Positions 10,232 through 19,829 of a stretch of DNA of 56,533 bases are shown here, piece by piece. Location: positions 1 to 56,533 of IMG/VR virus record IMGVR_UViG_3300043811_000163; one strand, 5' to 3'. This DNA comes from a virus. Both the position numbers and the translations under genes were made by a program. Under the pieces are notes generated by a model that made no database searches, was not told where the DNA came from, and saw only the letters and a list, made by a program, of their open reading frames with translations. Positions within the stretch are counted from its first letter, which is position 1, and every line of letters begins with the position of its first letter.

Positions 10232-10780
10232 ATGGCCACCGTGAGTTACCTCGCTGATTTCTGCAAGCCTTACCTCGTTCATACGAGCTGCGGCCACCTC
10301 GTCGTGCGCAAGATGCGAGAGTCGACCGCGGGCGTTACCTGGACCGAGACCACAGTCCTCGAAGCGCCCAATGGCGCGCCCTGCGATGTATGCGCGGCAG
10401 AGCAGAACGCTCAATTCGAAGCGCAATCGGCCGCCGCGCGTGAGACCGTGAAGCCGGTCGACGAGCGGCATCACCGCAACGTGACCGAGATTTGCAAGAT
10501 CATTGCGGCCGCTCTGAAGCGTCGCAGCGGTCGTTCCTGGTCGGTGACGCACGGCCGCGGTACAGCGTACGGATGGATCACGATCTCGTCGCAGCCCAAG
10601 GCGCGCGTGCACGGCAGCATGTCCGAGAAGGACGCCATCGAGCTCGCCGCGCTTCTCGGGCTTGACCATGCGCATCATCAGGGTGTCGATGTGCCCGCGA
10701 GTTCGGACTATCGCCGCGAGTACATCGAGCGCGCCGAGACCGGAACGGCGACGACGTTCGGCAAACCGTACTGGGATTGA
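10232..10780 (+). CDS. Hypothetical phage protein
   Basis: First gene after the promoter; purine-rich RBS; SGRSWSVTHGRGTAYGWITIS motif. Confidence 0.65.
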   Translation: MATVSYLADFCKPYLVHTSCGHLVVRKMRESTAGVTWTETTVLEAPNGAPCDVCAAEQNAQFEAQSAAARETVKPVDERHHRNVTEICKIIAAALKRRSGRSWSVTHGRGTAYGWITISSQPKARVHGSMSEKDAIELAALLGLDHAHHQGVDVPASSDYRREYIERAETGTATTFGKPYWD

Positions 10781-10815
10781 AATGAGAGAAAGACTATGGT
10801 AGGTAGTATCGAGAT

Positions 10816-10848
10816 GGCCGGCGGCGCTACCAACGCCCCGGCCCTGGC
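10816..10848 (+). promoter_or_regulatory. Structured 5' leader hairpin (motif copy D)
   Basis: GGCCGG-C-GGCG-CTACCAA-CGCC-CCGGCC-CTGGC has the same architecture as the three endonuclease leaders; TAGTAT -10 just upstream. Confidence 0.6.
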
Positions 10849-11287
10849 GCAAGGCTGAAAGGAGCCCCGCACATGAGCAAGCCTATCACGGTCATCGATC
10901 TCTGTTCAGATCCACTCTGCGGCAACGAAGCCACGCACACGATGATCTCGCGCGTGCCGGGACACCGCACGAAGGTCTGCGCTAACCACCTCGCGCAGGT
11001 CCAGACCGCCGCCGAGAAGGCGGGGCTCGGTGAGCGCGTCAAGCTCCTCGACATTCGGCCGATTGAGATGCAGTCGTGAGCACACCCACCGTGGTCCTTT
11101 GGGACCCGTGTCCGTCGCATCCTGGATACGAGAACATTGAACGAGGACCATCGCATGAATGCATGCGTGGCGAACTCCGATGCGTATATTGCGGCGCGCC
11201 TATCGACCCGGTGCAGTGCAACGGTTGCGGCCGATTCATTTCGATTGCCGAGATCAACAAGTACGAGTCCCGTTGCGCGGAGTGCGC

Positions 11288-11698
11288 ATGAGCGACGCCC
11301 TCACCAAGCCCCCCTCGGCCGGGTCAATGGACCGTGTGGCCGAGCTCAAGGCGCGAGTCGACGATCTCAAGGCCAAATGTCGCGAAGCGCAAGACACCCT
11401 AACCCTCATAAAAGGGACCGCAGATCCGTCTGGCCGCAACAACTACTGGAAGCGCTTCCACGCAGCCAAAAAGCATTGGAACGATTGTGTCCGTCAGCTC
11501 CAGGAGGCAAAAACAGACCTCGTTCGCGCCACCGGAACGACTGGTAGCGATCCACGATGGCACCTGATTGCCGAGGCGTGGAGGCTATTGCAGCGGCTCG
11601 AGGACCACGGAGTCGATCTGGGAGAAGATGGCCGAAAACTGCTGGACGAGATCGAATTCCACATCCCGACATCCAAGCTCACAGGTGACTCCACATGA
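11288..11698 (+). CDS. Hypothetical coiled-coil protein
   Basis: ATGA-coupled ORF (MSDALTK...) with a heptad-like segment. Confidence 0.5.
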   Translation: MSDALTKPPSAGSMDRVAELKARVDDLKAKCREAQDTLTLIKGTADPSGRNNYWKRFHAAKKHWNDCVRQLQEAKTDLVRATGTTGSDPRWHLIAEAWRLLQRLEDHGVDLGEDGRKLLDEIEFHIPTSKLTGDST

Positions 11699-12279
11699 AT
11701 CCCGTCGAGAAGGACGCGATCTGGTCGATGTCCTCGACGCCCTTCGGCGGCCGACACCGATTCCGTATTCTCTCGATCCGAGGTACGGTCGCGATCATCA
11801 AGCTCGAGGGAACTGGAAGAGAGACCACGATCGCGCTATCGGTATTGCATCGAGGAAGCCGGGGCTCTCGCATCGAGGTCACGGCAGACGGAAAAGTGAT
11901 CGACCAGGCCGCGCACCAAGCGCAAGTCACCGCGAATCGGATGCGAAGACGGAACGAGAAGAGAGCGAGACCATGCGCCAAGCAACGCGAAAGCAAGAGC
12001 ATGTGAACTCGCTACTCGGGCGCATCGAGTATCTGCGAGGGCGCGTGCGCGCACTAGCGCAAGAGAACAGAGAACTGCGAGAAGACAATCTGCGATTGCG
12101 AGCCGAGAGGAGAATTCGATGCGACCGAAAGCCAAGCGCTGCCTTGCCGACATCCTGAAGGCGCTCGATGCCGCGGAGGTCGGACGCGACATCTCGAAAG
12201 AGGAATGGCGCGAGATTCTCGAGGAGGTTGGAAGTGCTGTCGAGATACGAATCGATTGCCTCAACGAAGAGGAGTTAGC

Positions 12280-12819
12280 ATGAGACTGGACGCTACCGCG
12301 CTCTTGCCGTTTGGGTTCGACTCGGGGGCCACCTTCAGCGAGTGCCGCAAGTACAGGTACCGCCTCTGGCGAGCCTGGGGCGATCGAGAGCATCGGTGCG
12401 TCTTCGTCGGTCTCAATCCGTCCACTGCTGATGAAAACGTGGACGACCCAACGATTCGCAAGTGCGTGGGCTTCGCGAAGCGCTGGGGCTTCGGCGCGAT
12501 CGACATGGTGAACGTGTTCGCTTGGCGATCGACGGATCCCGACGGCCTTCTTTCGGCAACGCCGAATCACGTGGGGCCAGACAACACAGAGACGCTGGAG
12601 CGCGCGTTCAACGACGCGCACCGCATCGTGTGGTGCTGGGGCAAGCACAGCGCTCGTGTTCGGCGTCTCGTGCAGTGCGCGCAGCAGGAGTTAGGCTGGT
12701 TCACGACTCCAAAGCGATGCGAGGTCGGCACGTTTGGGCGAATGGCTGATGGCTCACCGAGGCATCCACTCATGCTGGCATACGTGACTCCTTTCGTTCC
12801 GGAGCCGGTTCATGAGTGA
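12280..12819 (+). CDS. DUF1643 family protein
   Basis: GATFSECRKYRYRLWRAW, VFVGLNPSTADENVDDPTIRKC, NVFAWRSTDP, GSPRHPL. Confidence 0.9.
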   Translation: MRLDATALLPFGFDSGATFSECRKYRYRLWRAWGDREHRCVFVGLNPSTADENVDDPTIRKCVGFAKRWGFGAIDMVNVFAWRSTDPDGLLSATPNHVGPDNTETLERAFNDAHRIVWCWGKHSARVRRLVQCAQQELGWFTTPKRCEVGTFGRMADGSPRHPLMLAYVTPFVPEPVHE

Positions 12820-13009
12820 GCCCGCGCACCGCCTTATCGTGAGCGCCATGGTGACCGCCGTGATCTTCAGCATGCTCACGGTCGCCGTTCGCGCTTCCCC
12901 CGGATCATCTTGCCAGCACACGCCGCAGTGTGGACACGGCGAAGTCTGCCTGGCGGACGGACCATTTGCTACTGTCGGGCACTGCGTAAAATTGAGGATA
13001 CTTCCGTGA
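12812..13009 (+). CDS. Small exported Cys-rich protein
   Basis: Hydrophobic N-terminus, then SCQHTPQCGHGEVC...GHC. Confidence 0.45.
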   Translation: MSEPAHRLIVSAMVTAVIFSMLTVAVRASPGSSCQHTPQCGHGEVCLADGPFATVGHCVKLRILP

Positions 13010-13497
13010 AGCCATCGCGCATCCGCCGTCACGTCTGGGGCGAGGACGACGTCTGCATCCAGTGCGGCCTGGCTCGAGACGGCTTCACGATCGATCGTGC
13101 AACCTCGACGCGAACGAGGTACACGAACTTCGAAGGCTTCGTGTTCGCTGCAGCGGGAGAGTGCAAGCCGCGCAGCACAGAAGAAGTGGAAGCGTCGCGC
13201 GTCGCGGCGCAGTACAGGCGAGCGAAGTCATGACCATCGGACGAGAGAAAGGCACCGTCATGATCGATATCGACGTCACGATCGAGATTCGGGCCCGCGC
13301 GCAGTGCAGCGAGTGCGGGCGATCGATCGAGACGCGGCACGAACTCGACGAGGTCGAGGCCCAGCGCATGTCAGTCAATCTGCTCGGTCACGTCGTGAAG
13401 GACGTACGCGAGAAAGTGGACCAGGAGATGCAGTGCCGAGGCTGGCGCGAGGTTTGCGGTCGATGTAGAGACAAGGACGTACCGGGAGACGGAAGCC

Positions 13498-14037
13498 GTG
13501 GACCTTCGCAGTGATCTCGAGCAGCGCGCGGCGGATTTCGCGACCGCGGCGCACAGTCTGATCGGGCAGACTCGCAAGTACACGGGAGAGCCATACTGGA
13601 CGCACTGCCGCGCCGTGGCCGAAATCGTACGAACCGTGCCGCACTCCGAATCCATGCTGTCGGCCGCTTGGCTTCACGACACAGTGGAAGACGTCGGGGT
13701 GCCGCTATCGTTGCTCGAGGCGAAGTTCGGGCGGGACGTGGCCGAACTCGTCGAGATGTTGACCGACGTGTCGAAGCCGAGCGATGGCAATCGCGCAGTT
13801 CGCAAGCATCTCGACCTAGCGCACACCGCGCGCGCGAGCCCGTCGGCAAAGACGATCAAGCTGGCCGATTTACTGGATAATACCCGGTCGATAGTCGACA
13901 GAGATCCGAAGTTCGCCACGGTCTACCTTCCTGAAAAATTGGCCCTGCTCGAGGTCTTGCACGAAGGCGACGCCACGCTCTGGGCCCGCGCACACAAGTT
14001 GGCCCTGGACGGCTTGGCCAAACTGAGGGAGACTTGA
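13498..14037 (+). CDS. HD-domain small alarmone hydrolase (Mesh1/SAH, RelA/SpoT hydrolase-like)
   Basis: AH...QTRKYTGEPYWTHCRAV, AAWLHDTVED, FGRDVAELVEMLTD, IKLADLLDN are the hallmark SAH motifs. Confidence 0.85.
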   Translation: MDLRSDLEQRAADFATAAHSLIGQTRKYTGEPYWTHCRAVAEIVRTVPHSESMLSAAWLHDTVEDVGVPLSLLEAKFGRDVAELVEMLTDVSKPSDGNRAVRKHLDLAHTARASPSAKTIKLADLLDNTRSIVDRDPKFATVYLPEKLALLEVLHEGDATLWARAHKLALDGLAKLRET

Positions 14038-14040
14038 ACC

Positions 14041-14478
14041 ATGGCCGAGGAAGAAACCAGATTCTACGACTTCGATAACATGCCAGCCTTCGTCAAGGGC
14101 GGCGCGTTCCGACTGGTCACGCCTGCCGGCGAGAAGCGTATCGAGGACATCGCGCGATTCCTGCAAGACGCCCAGCCTATTTCGAAAGAGCAGTTCGATC
14201 GGCTGTGCGCGGGGGGTCGAGCCGATGCGGGCGAGTCGAAGAAGGCTGGACTCGAGCCGCTGAAGGACGAGAAGGCCGATGCGGTCCCTGGCCCAGGTCT
14301 CGACACGGTTGTCATCGATGACATCATCGCAAACCCAGGCAAGTACCGAAAGCAGTGGGCCGAAGACACGCAGCATCAGTATCCTGGCAAGTACACGCAA
14401 GAGCAGCTCGACGCATCGTGGGATCAGCTGGCGCATCAGGTCGGATTGCCGACTGCGAAAGAACTCGACGCGCGTTAG
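14041..14478 (+). CDS. Hypothetical two-part acidic protein; candidate immunity protein
   Basis: Starts 3 bp after the HD gene; its stop overlaps the stop of the portal polyprotein (convergent). Confidence 0.6.
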   Translation: MAEEETRFYDFDNMPAFVKGGAFRLVTPAGEKRIEDIARFLQDAQPISKEQFDRLCAGGRADAGESKKAGLEPLKDEKADAVPGPGLDTVVIDDIIANPGKYRKQWAEDTQHQYPGKYTQEQLDASWDQLAHQVGLPTAKELDAR

Positions 14479-17400
14479 CCTTTCGGCGGCGTATAACTCA
14501 TCGTGTAGTAGCTAGGGTGGTCGAATTCCTTGTAATCCCATCCATTGGCCGCGTACTCTGGATTGAACGAGTTCTCGGATGTCGGTTTGAATCCGACCGA
14601 TTCGTAGAGCTTGTTCAAACGCGGGCCGTAGCACTCGACGTAGTTCACTCCGGCATTGCGCACGACGTGGTCGAGTAGCTTGAGCCCGGCGCCCTTCTCT
14701 CCACCCTGGTTGAATAGCGCGGTCGCCTCGACGCGACCATCTCCGTGATCGTGAACTGCAACGCCGGCTTTGCCGTCGGGCGTCGTGAACAGTTTCATGT
14801 GCGCGAGGTCGTCTTCGCTGTAGTGCGAGACATGATTCGTGAACTTTGAGCCTTCGAACGCCTTATCGAAGGCGGCCTTGAACTCGTGGGGGCTCGCGGT
14901 CTTTGGCGTGAACGAAGTCGCAGGAGACGCACTGCCGCCCGCGCCGAATCGGCCTTGCTCGTCGCGAGGATGCTTGCCCTCATCCCAATCGCCCGCATCC
15001 TGCCGAACTTTCGACCAGACACCATCGTATAGAGCTTTCGACTTGGCGGTTTCTCGATCCACGGTCGCGCGTTCGTCAGGCGTGAGGTCGCGACCTTTAG
15101 CAGCGGCTTGGATATTTCGAATCGTCTCGTACATTCGATGCCCAGGGCCATTTTTCGCAGCGAGCAGTGGTTTCAAATGGACCTGCAGTTCGCCAATGTG
15201 CCCGCTCGGATATTTGACGTTCATCATCACGTCGCGATAGCCGAGTGCTGTCGGGTTGCTCATCCGATCTTTGGGCATGCGCGCGAGCGTGATGCCTTTC
15301 TGCTTCATGGCCTCAATTACGCCGCGAACGTCCTTGACCGAGTCGACGGCCACGGTAGCGCGGACTACGTCACCAAGCTTGCTCCAATCGCCATTGTAGT
15401 CGGCATTGACCTTTTGCTCGGCACGCGCTTCGTGCTTGATGGGTCCGATCCCGACAACGGGCCCGGGATGACTGAGGTCGAGTTTGTCGTTGAACTCTTG
15501 CTCGCTCATGTTGAGGTCGCCACGAACGACTTTCGCACCGATGGCTTGGGCGACGCCTTTGCCGCGGTCGAGCAGATCCAACTGTTCTTCATGAATGGCA
15601 GGTGCCGCCTTGAAGAGTGCTTCCTTCGTGCGTTCGGGCTGCGCGAACTCTTTCGGGACGCTTGCGAGCTCGCTCTCTTTGAAGAGAGGCTCGCCGTGGA
15701 TGCTTTCGGCAGGCGATGCGCTGCTGCCTCCCGAGCCGAATCGCCCGCGCTCGTCTCGTGGCTGGTCGGCATCGAAATCGCTGCGCGTGCTGTCGCGTTT
15801 TGGTACTCCTCCGTAATCCGAGATTAGAAACTTCCCGGACTGTCCACGACCCCACTGGTTCGAATAGGCGAAGTCGGAGAGATCAAGCTTCGGAAGCTTC
15901 GAGCTTAGCTCCTTCATGGCGGTCAAGAATTGGCCAGCGGACTTCATCTTGTCGCCGGACTTGCCCCCATGAATCGCCTGATACGTAGCCGCGAACAGCC
16001 AGTCCTTGCCGTGAACATCTTGATCCCCGCCCCAAGGGTCTTTGATTGTGACCGTGTACGATTTCTTTTGGTCGGCCTTCGAGATGCCAAAGTGATCGGC
16101 CAATTGCGCCGATGTCACCGGCTCCACTTTCTCCTGCCGTACCCAAGAGTAATCTGGTGCGTGCTCTGTGATCTTGGCTAGGATATCGCTCTTGCTCGAA
16201 GCCTCTGCTTCTGCTCGATTGTCTTTCTTGGCTTTCGCGTTCTTGGCGACCTTGATGACAGTGTTCCCATCTTCATAGACTTTACGGGACGCGCCTTCGC
16301 CGAGGACTTTGAGTTTCGAAGTGTCAGGATGCTCGGAGACGGTACGGGGCTCTGTGCTACCGCCACCTTCCCCAAACTGTCCGTTGGCGGCGCGCGGCTG
16401 ATCGTCCGAGTAATCAGCTTTTGGGGTCGAGCCTTCGCTCTCACCTCCGGCGCTATCGATGAGCGCCTGCAGCTTGTCCTCGTCGAGCGAGTCGAGGTAG
16501 TCCGCTGCAGCTTCCGTCACGAGCTGCGCCAGCCATTCTTCGGGATCCGCGTCCGCATCCGAATCGTATCGGAGAGCGTCGATCGCGTCGTGAATAGCAC
16601 CACCGAGGTCTTCACCGAGATTGTATCCAGCGAACGACAATCCCTTCTCGGTCATCTTCTCGAGCGCGTGGTGCGCGATCTGGTGAGCGATCTTTTCGGA
16701 GACGAGCCTGACGGCTTCATGGCCGATCGCCTCGAGAGGCAGCAATCCGACCACGTGGCCGGCGACCACGCTGGCAGCGATCCCAATCGCGACCTTCGCG
16801 ATGGCGTGCTTCTGCTCTTTGGTCACCGGCTGTCGCGTCACGAAATTCTTCACCCCGACAATGGCGTTCTTATACTCGCCGATCTTCTCTTTGACCTCGT
16901 GCAGCGCGGCCTTTCCGATCTCTTTCGCTCCCGACCGTAGCACGGAGCCGACATGCTTCAGGCTCTCCTTGAGTTTGGTCAGGTGAATGCGCGTCAGACG
17001 AGATTGCGCGGCGTGTTCGTGTGCGCCGGATCGCTCTGGCTTGACGCGGCTGGCTGTACCACCCGATCCGCCCGCGGAGAACTTGCCGGTCTCGTCGCGC
17101 GGATGGTCTTCCTCGACGAAGTCGTCGGCGCGCGTCTCCGGCAAGATCGCTTGCACGGTCTTTCTGAAAGTGTGCGCGCCCGACAGAAGCTCTCCGCTCG
17201 ACAACCACATCACGGTGGTATTCGGTTCTGCCGCAAAGGCTTCTCCCACGAACTCGAGCGCCTCGAACACATTGACCTTGCGACCGTCGACCGGAGACAG
17301 AACCGACGGCAGCTTGCGGAGCTTGGTCGCGGTCACCCCGGTTTCTTCACGCAGTTCGCGGATCGCCGCGTGCTGCGCGGTCTCACCCTCGTCGATCATT

Positions 17401-19820
17401 CCGCCCGGGAACGCGAACTCGTGCGGGAACTCGGGACGCGTGACCGTCAGATATTTGCCTTGCTCGTTTTTCACCACGACGATCGAGGCTTGCCCCTCTC
17501 GATCATCGGCTGCGTCATTGGTCGCAAACGGATTGTGCATGGCGTGCGCGCCGGCTTTGGCCATGTGATCGTTGGCGATCTGGAAATGGCGCGCGGAGGC
17601 ATCGGAATGCCGGGCTCGATCGTCCACGGACACGCGATGCCCGGATGCCATCGCTGCGCGTCTATTGCCTTCGCGAATGTGCGCGACGCTGGCTTCCATG
17701 TGGGCGGCTGCAGCTTCCCGGTGCGCAGGCAAGGTGCCGAGCTTGTAGGCCAGTTCGGACGCTTCATTTGCAGCCTTGGTCCCGTGATCGATCCACTGCT
17801 TCGATCCAGGATCTCTCGACTGGTCCGGGTCGTGCGCGTCGAGCGCATCCTTCTGTATGGGCTCCTGCGGAGGCTTCGGCGTCAAAGCTTCGGCCTTGCC
17901 GATGTGCTTGGCGGCTTCTGCCGTGTTTCCTACGCCGAGATGGGCATTGGCTGCACGCAAATGGAGCTTGGCGAGATTGGTGGCTTTCTGCGGAGGCGTG
18001 AGCGGTCCAGGCTTCTTCGGAGCCACTGCGGGGCCCACAGCGGGCTTCGCCTTGACCTCCGGAGGGATCGGTTCCTTCTTCTTCTCGTCTCCGGCGCCCG
18101 GGGCTTGATCCGGCTGCGATTCGTCCTCGGCCGGATTGCCGGCTCCCTTGTCGGGCGGCGTTCCCTGGCCTTCCCCTGCGGGAGCCACGACCGAATGAAG
18201 CGCACTTCCGGGCAGAGGCACAGTGGGCGATTGACCTTCCGGAGTTCCACCCCCGGCGCCCCCACCCAGCGCCTGCACTTGAGCCGATGCGGAAGGATCG
18301 TTCTCGTACGGATCGAACTTGGTCTTCTCTTCGATCTCTTCTTCGATTTCCTCGACGTCGATCGACTGGTAGATGTCGCTGAGCGTGAGCGCGACTTGCT
18401 CGGCGGTCACGACCTCGTTTTGGATGTAGATCTGATCGCGCTGCGCGTTGGTGAATCGCGTCTTCGCGAGCTCGTCATCGGTCGGAGCGTAGAGCGGATG
18501 GAAATGGACCTTGAAATCGACCGGCTGTCCCTTGAAGGGAGAATCATGGGCGAGCGCGATGAGTCGGTAGAGCCGTCGGATTTTCGGAGCAAGGAAGTTG
18601 ACTTGCTCGTTGGCGATCGTGTCGTACCACTTGATTCGATCCGACTCTCCGGTCGCGTTCATTCCGGCCGGGCTCATGCCGAAGAGTTCGGTCAACGGCA
18701 TATCGAACGCCGCAGCGAGCCGCTGCATGATGCGGTCGATCGCGTCGGGGATCCCCGTCATCGGGGTCACCACGCGCGTGAAATCTTCTTCGCCGCCCGC
18801 ATCGAGCGCCACGCCGTGCATGACGCTGCGCGTGCGCTCCATTAGCTCGAGACGAGCTCGGAGCTTGCCTTCCTGGCCCGCTGTGATCGCGTTGAAGAGG
18901 CCCTTGAGTTTGAAGATGCCTTGCGACGCGTCCGAGATCAGATACGCGAGAGCATCGAAGGATCCATCGCACTGCCGGAGCACTTCGTAGCCGCGCTGCA
19001 GTACCGACCAGGACCAACCCGCGAGCGTTTGCCGCGTGATGATGTCGGGCTCGACTCCGTCGAATCGAATCAGGCGGCTCTCGTGGACGTTGAGAATCGA
19101 GGTTGCGATGTTCGCGAGCTTGGCCTTGCTCTTGGTCTTGTAGCCGAACTTGGTTCCGTCGGAGCTTCGGTACGACGAGGTCGCGACCGCGTTGGCGATG
19201 AGATACGTTCTCGGCTGCCCATACTTGGGCTGCATCGGGTCGGAGTAGTAGTCCTGAACGTACGCGAACCTTCGATCGATCTGATTGATGAAGTCGAAGC
19301 TCTTGATGTTCTTTTCGTCCAGCGGCTCCCACGGCTCTCGTCCGTCATCGATTCCCAGGATGAGCAGCGCGCCGCCGTACTGCCGGCCGAAGGTCAAGCC
19401 TTGGTGCAGCCGCAGATCGCATTGCAATCGCTCGGTCGCGTATTCGCTCAGGTCTTGAATCTTCGACTTGTCGAGCTCTCCGGCCTTTTTGCTCTCGAGC
19501 TCGTAGCCGCGCCGGAACATCTCGTTCGGACGCTTCTCCACGGCTTTCGCGGCGAGATCGTTGCCGGAGACGAGATCGGTGATCTCGACGTCGTTCAGGC
19601 GCCAAGGCGTTTCGAAGTACCCGGCTCGGGTCTTGTCCGCGATCGTGCCGAGCCCGGTCTGGTAGTTGACCCAGCGGTCTAGCTTTTGCTCGAGAGCGAA
19701 GATGCGGGTTTCCGCGTCCTCTCTAGAAGCAAGCGTCTGCGCGGCGGCTCGGCGCAGATCCGATCCGTCATTGGCCGGCGATGCCGCCGGGACTGCGGCT
19801 TCGGCCGGACCATGCTCCAT
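14475..19820 (-). CDS. Portal protein (DUF1073-like) fused to Nudix, kinase-like, RelA/SpoT and GNAT domains (polyvalent protein)
   Basis: Portal: DRWVNYQTGLG, GRQYGGA, VHESRLIRFDG, MPLTELFGMSPAGMNATGESD. Nudix box GGMIDEGETAQHAAIRELREETGV. Kinase-like LGEGASRKVY..VIKVAK..DYG. Synthetase KHEARAEQK, DVVR, GYRD, ELQVH, HRMYE. GNAT-like KGAGLKLL..LYESVGF. Confidence 0.9.
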   Translation of the reverse strand: MEHGPAEAAVPAASPANDGSDLRRAAAQTLASREDAETRIFALEQKLDRWVNYQTGLGTIADKTRAGYFETPWRLNDVEITDLVSGNDLAAKAVEKRPNEMFRRGYELESKKAGELDKSKIQDLSEYATERLQCDLRLHQGLTFGRQYGGALLILGIDDGREPWEPLDEKNIKSFDFINQIDRRFAYVQDYYSDPMQPKYGQPRTYLIANAVATSSYRSSDGTKFGYKTKSKAKLANIATSILNVHESRLIRFDGVEPDIITRQTLAGWSWSVLQRGYEVLRQCDGSFDALAYLISDASQGIFKLKGLFNAITAGQEGKLRARLELMERTRSVMHGVALDAGGEEDFTRVVTPMTGIPDAIDRIMQRLAAAFDMPLTELFGMSPAGMNATGESDRIKWYDTIANEQVNFLAPKIRRLYRLIALAHDSPFKGQPVDFKVHFHPLYAPTDDELAKTRFTNAQRDQIYIQNEVVTAEQVALTLSDIYQSIDVEEIEEEIEEKTKFDPYENDPSASAQVQALGGGAGGGTPEGQSPTVPLPGSALHSVVAPAGEGQGTPPDKGAGNPAEDESQPDQAPGAGDEKKKEPIPPEVKAKPAVGPAVAPKKPGPLTPPQKATNLAKLHLRAANAHLGVGNTAEAAKHIGKAEALTPKPPQEPIQKDALDAHDPDQSRDPGSKQWIDHGTKAANEASELAYKLGTLPAHREAAAAHMEASVAHIREGNRRAAMASGHRVSVDDRARHSDASARHFQIANDHMAKAGAHAMHNPFATNDAADDREGQASIVVVKNEQGKYLTVTRPEFPHEFAFPGGMIDEGETAQHAAIRELREETGVTATKLRKLPSVLSPVDGRKVNVFEALEFVGEAFAAEPNTTVMWLSSGELLSGAHTFRKTVQAILPETRADDFVEEDHPRDETGKFSAGGSGGTASRVKPERSGAHEHAAQSRLTRIHLTKLKESLKHVGSVLRSGAKEIGKAALHEVKEKIGEYKNAIVGVKNFVTRQPVTKEQKHAIAKVAIGIAASVVAGHVVGLLPLEAIGHEAVRLVSEKIAHQIAHHALEKMTEKGLSFAGYNLGEDLGGAIHDAIDALRYDSDADADPEEWLAQLVTEAAADYLDSLDEDKLQALIDSAGGESEGSTPKADYSDDQPRAANGQFGEGGGSTEPRTVSEHPDTSKLKVLGEGASRKVYEDGNTVIKVAKNAKAKKDNRAEAEASSKSDILAKITEHAPDYSWVRQEKVEPVTSAQLADHFGISKADQKKSYTVTIKDPWGGDQDVHGKDWLFAATYQAIHGGKSGDKMKSAGQFLTAMKELSSKLPKLDLSDFAYSNQWGRGQSGKFLISDYGGVPKRDSTRSDFDADQPRDERGRFGSGGSSASPAESIHGEPLFKESELASVPKEFAQPERTKEALFKAAPAIHEEQLDLLDRGKGVAQAIGAKVVRGDLNMSEQEFNDKLDLSHPGPVVGIGPIKHEARAEQKVNADYNGDWSKLGDVVRATVAVDSVKDVRGVIEAMKQKGITLARMPKDRMSNPTALGYRDVMMNVKYPSGHIGELQVHLKPLLAAKNGPGHRMYETIRNIQAAAKGRDLTPDERATVDRETAKSKALYDGVWSKVRQDAGDWDEGKHPRDEQGRFGAGGSASPATSFTPKTASPHEFKAAFDKAFEGSKFTNHVSHYSEDDLAHMKLFTTPDGKAGVAVHDHGDGRVEATALFNQGGEKGAGLKLLDHVVRNAGVNYVECYGPRLNKLYESVGFKPTSENSFNPEYAANGWDYKEFDHPSYYTMSYTPPKG

Positions 19821-19829
19821 GCAATCGCA

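Noticed and set aside
14475-18300. Inteins or stop-codon recoding as the reason for the giant portal
   Set aside because: No intein C/S...HN termini or LAGLIDADG motifs seen; the ORF is open in the standard code and other genes end normally at TAG, TGA and TAA
16953-18845. 630-aa plus-strand ORF opposite the portal
   Set aside because: Antisense shadow of a high-GC gene; no recognisable motifs
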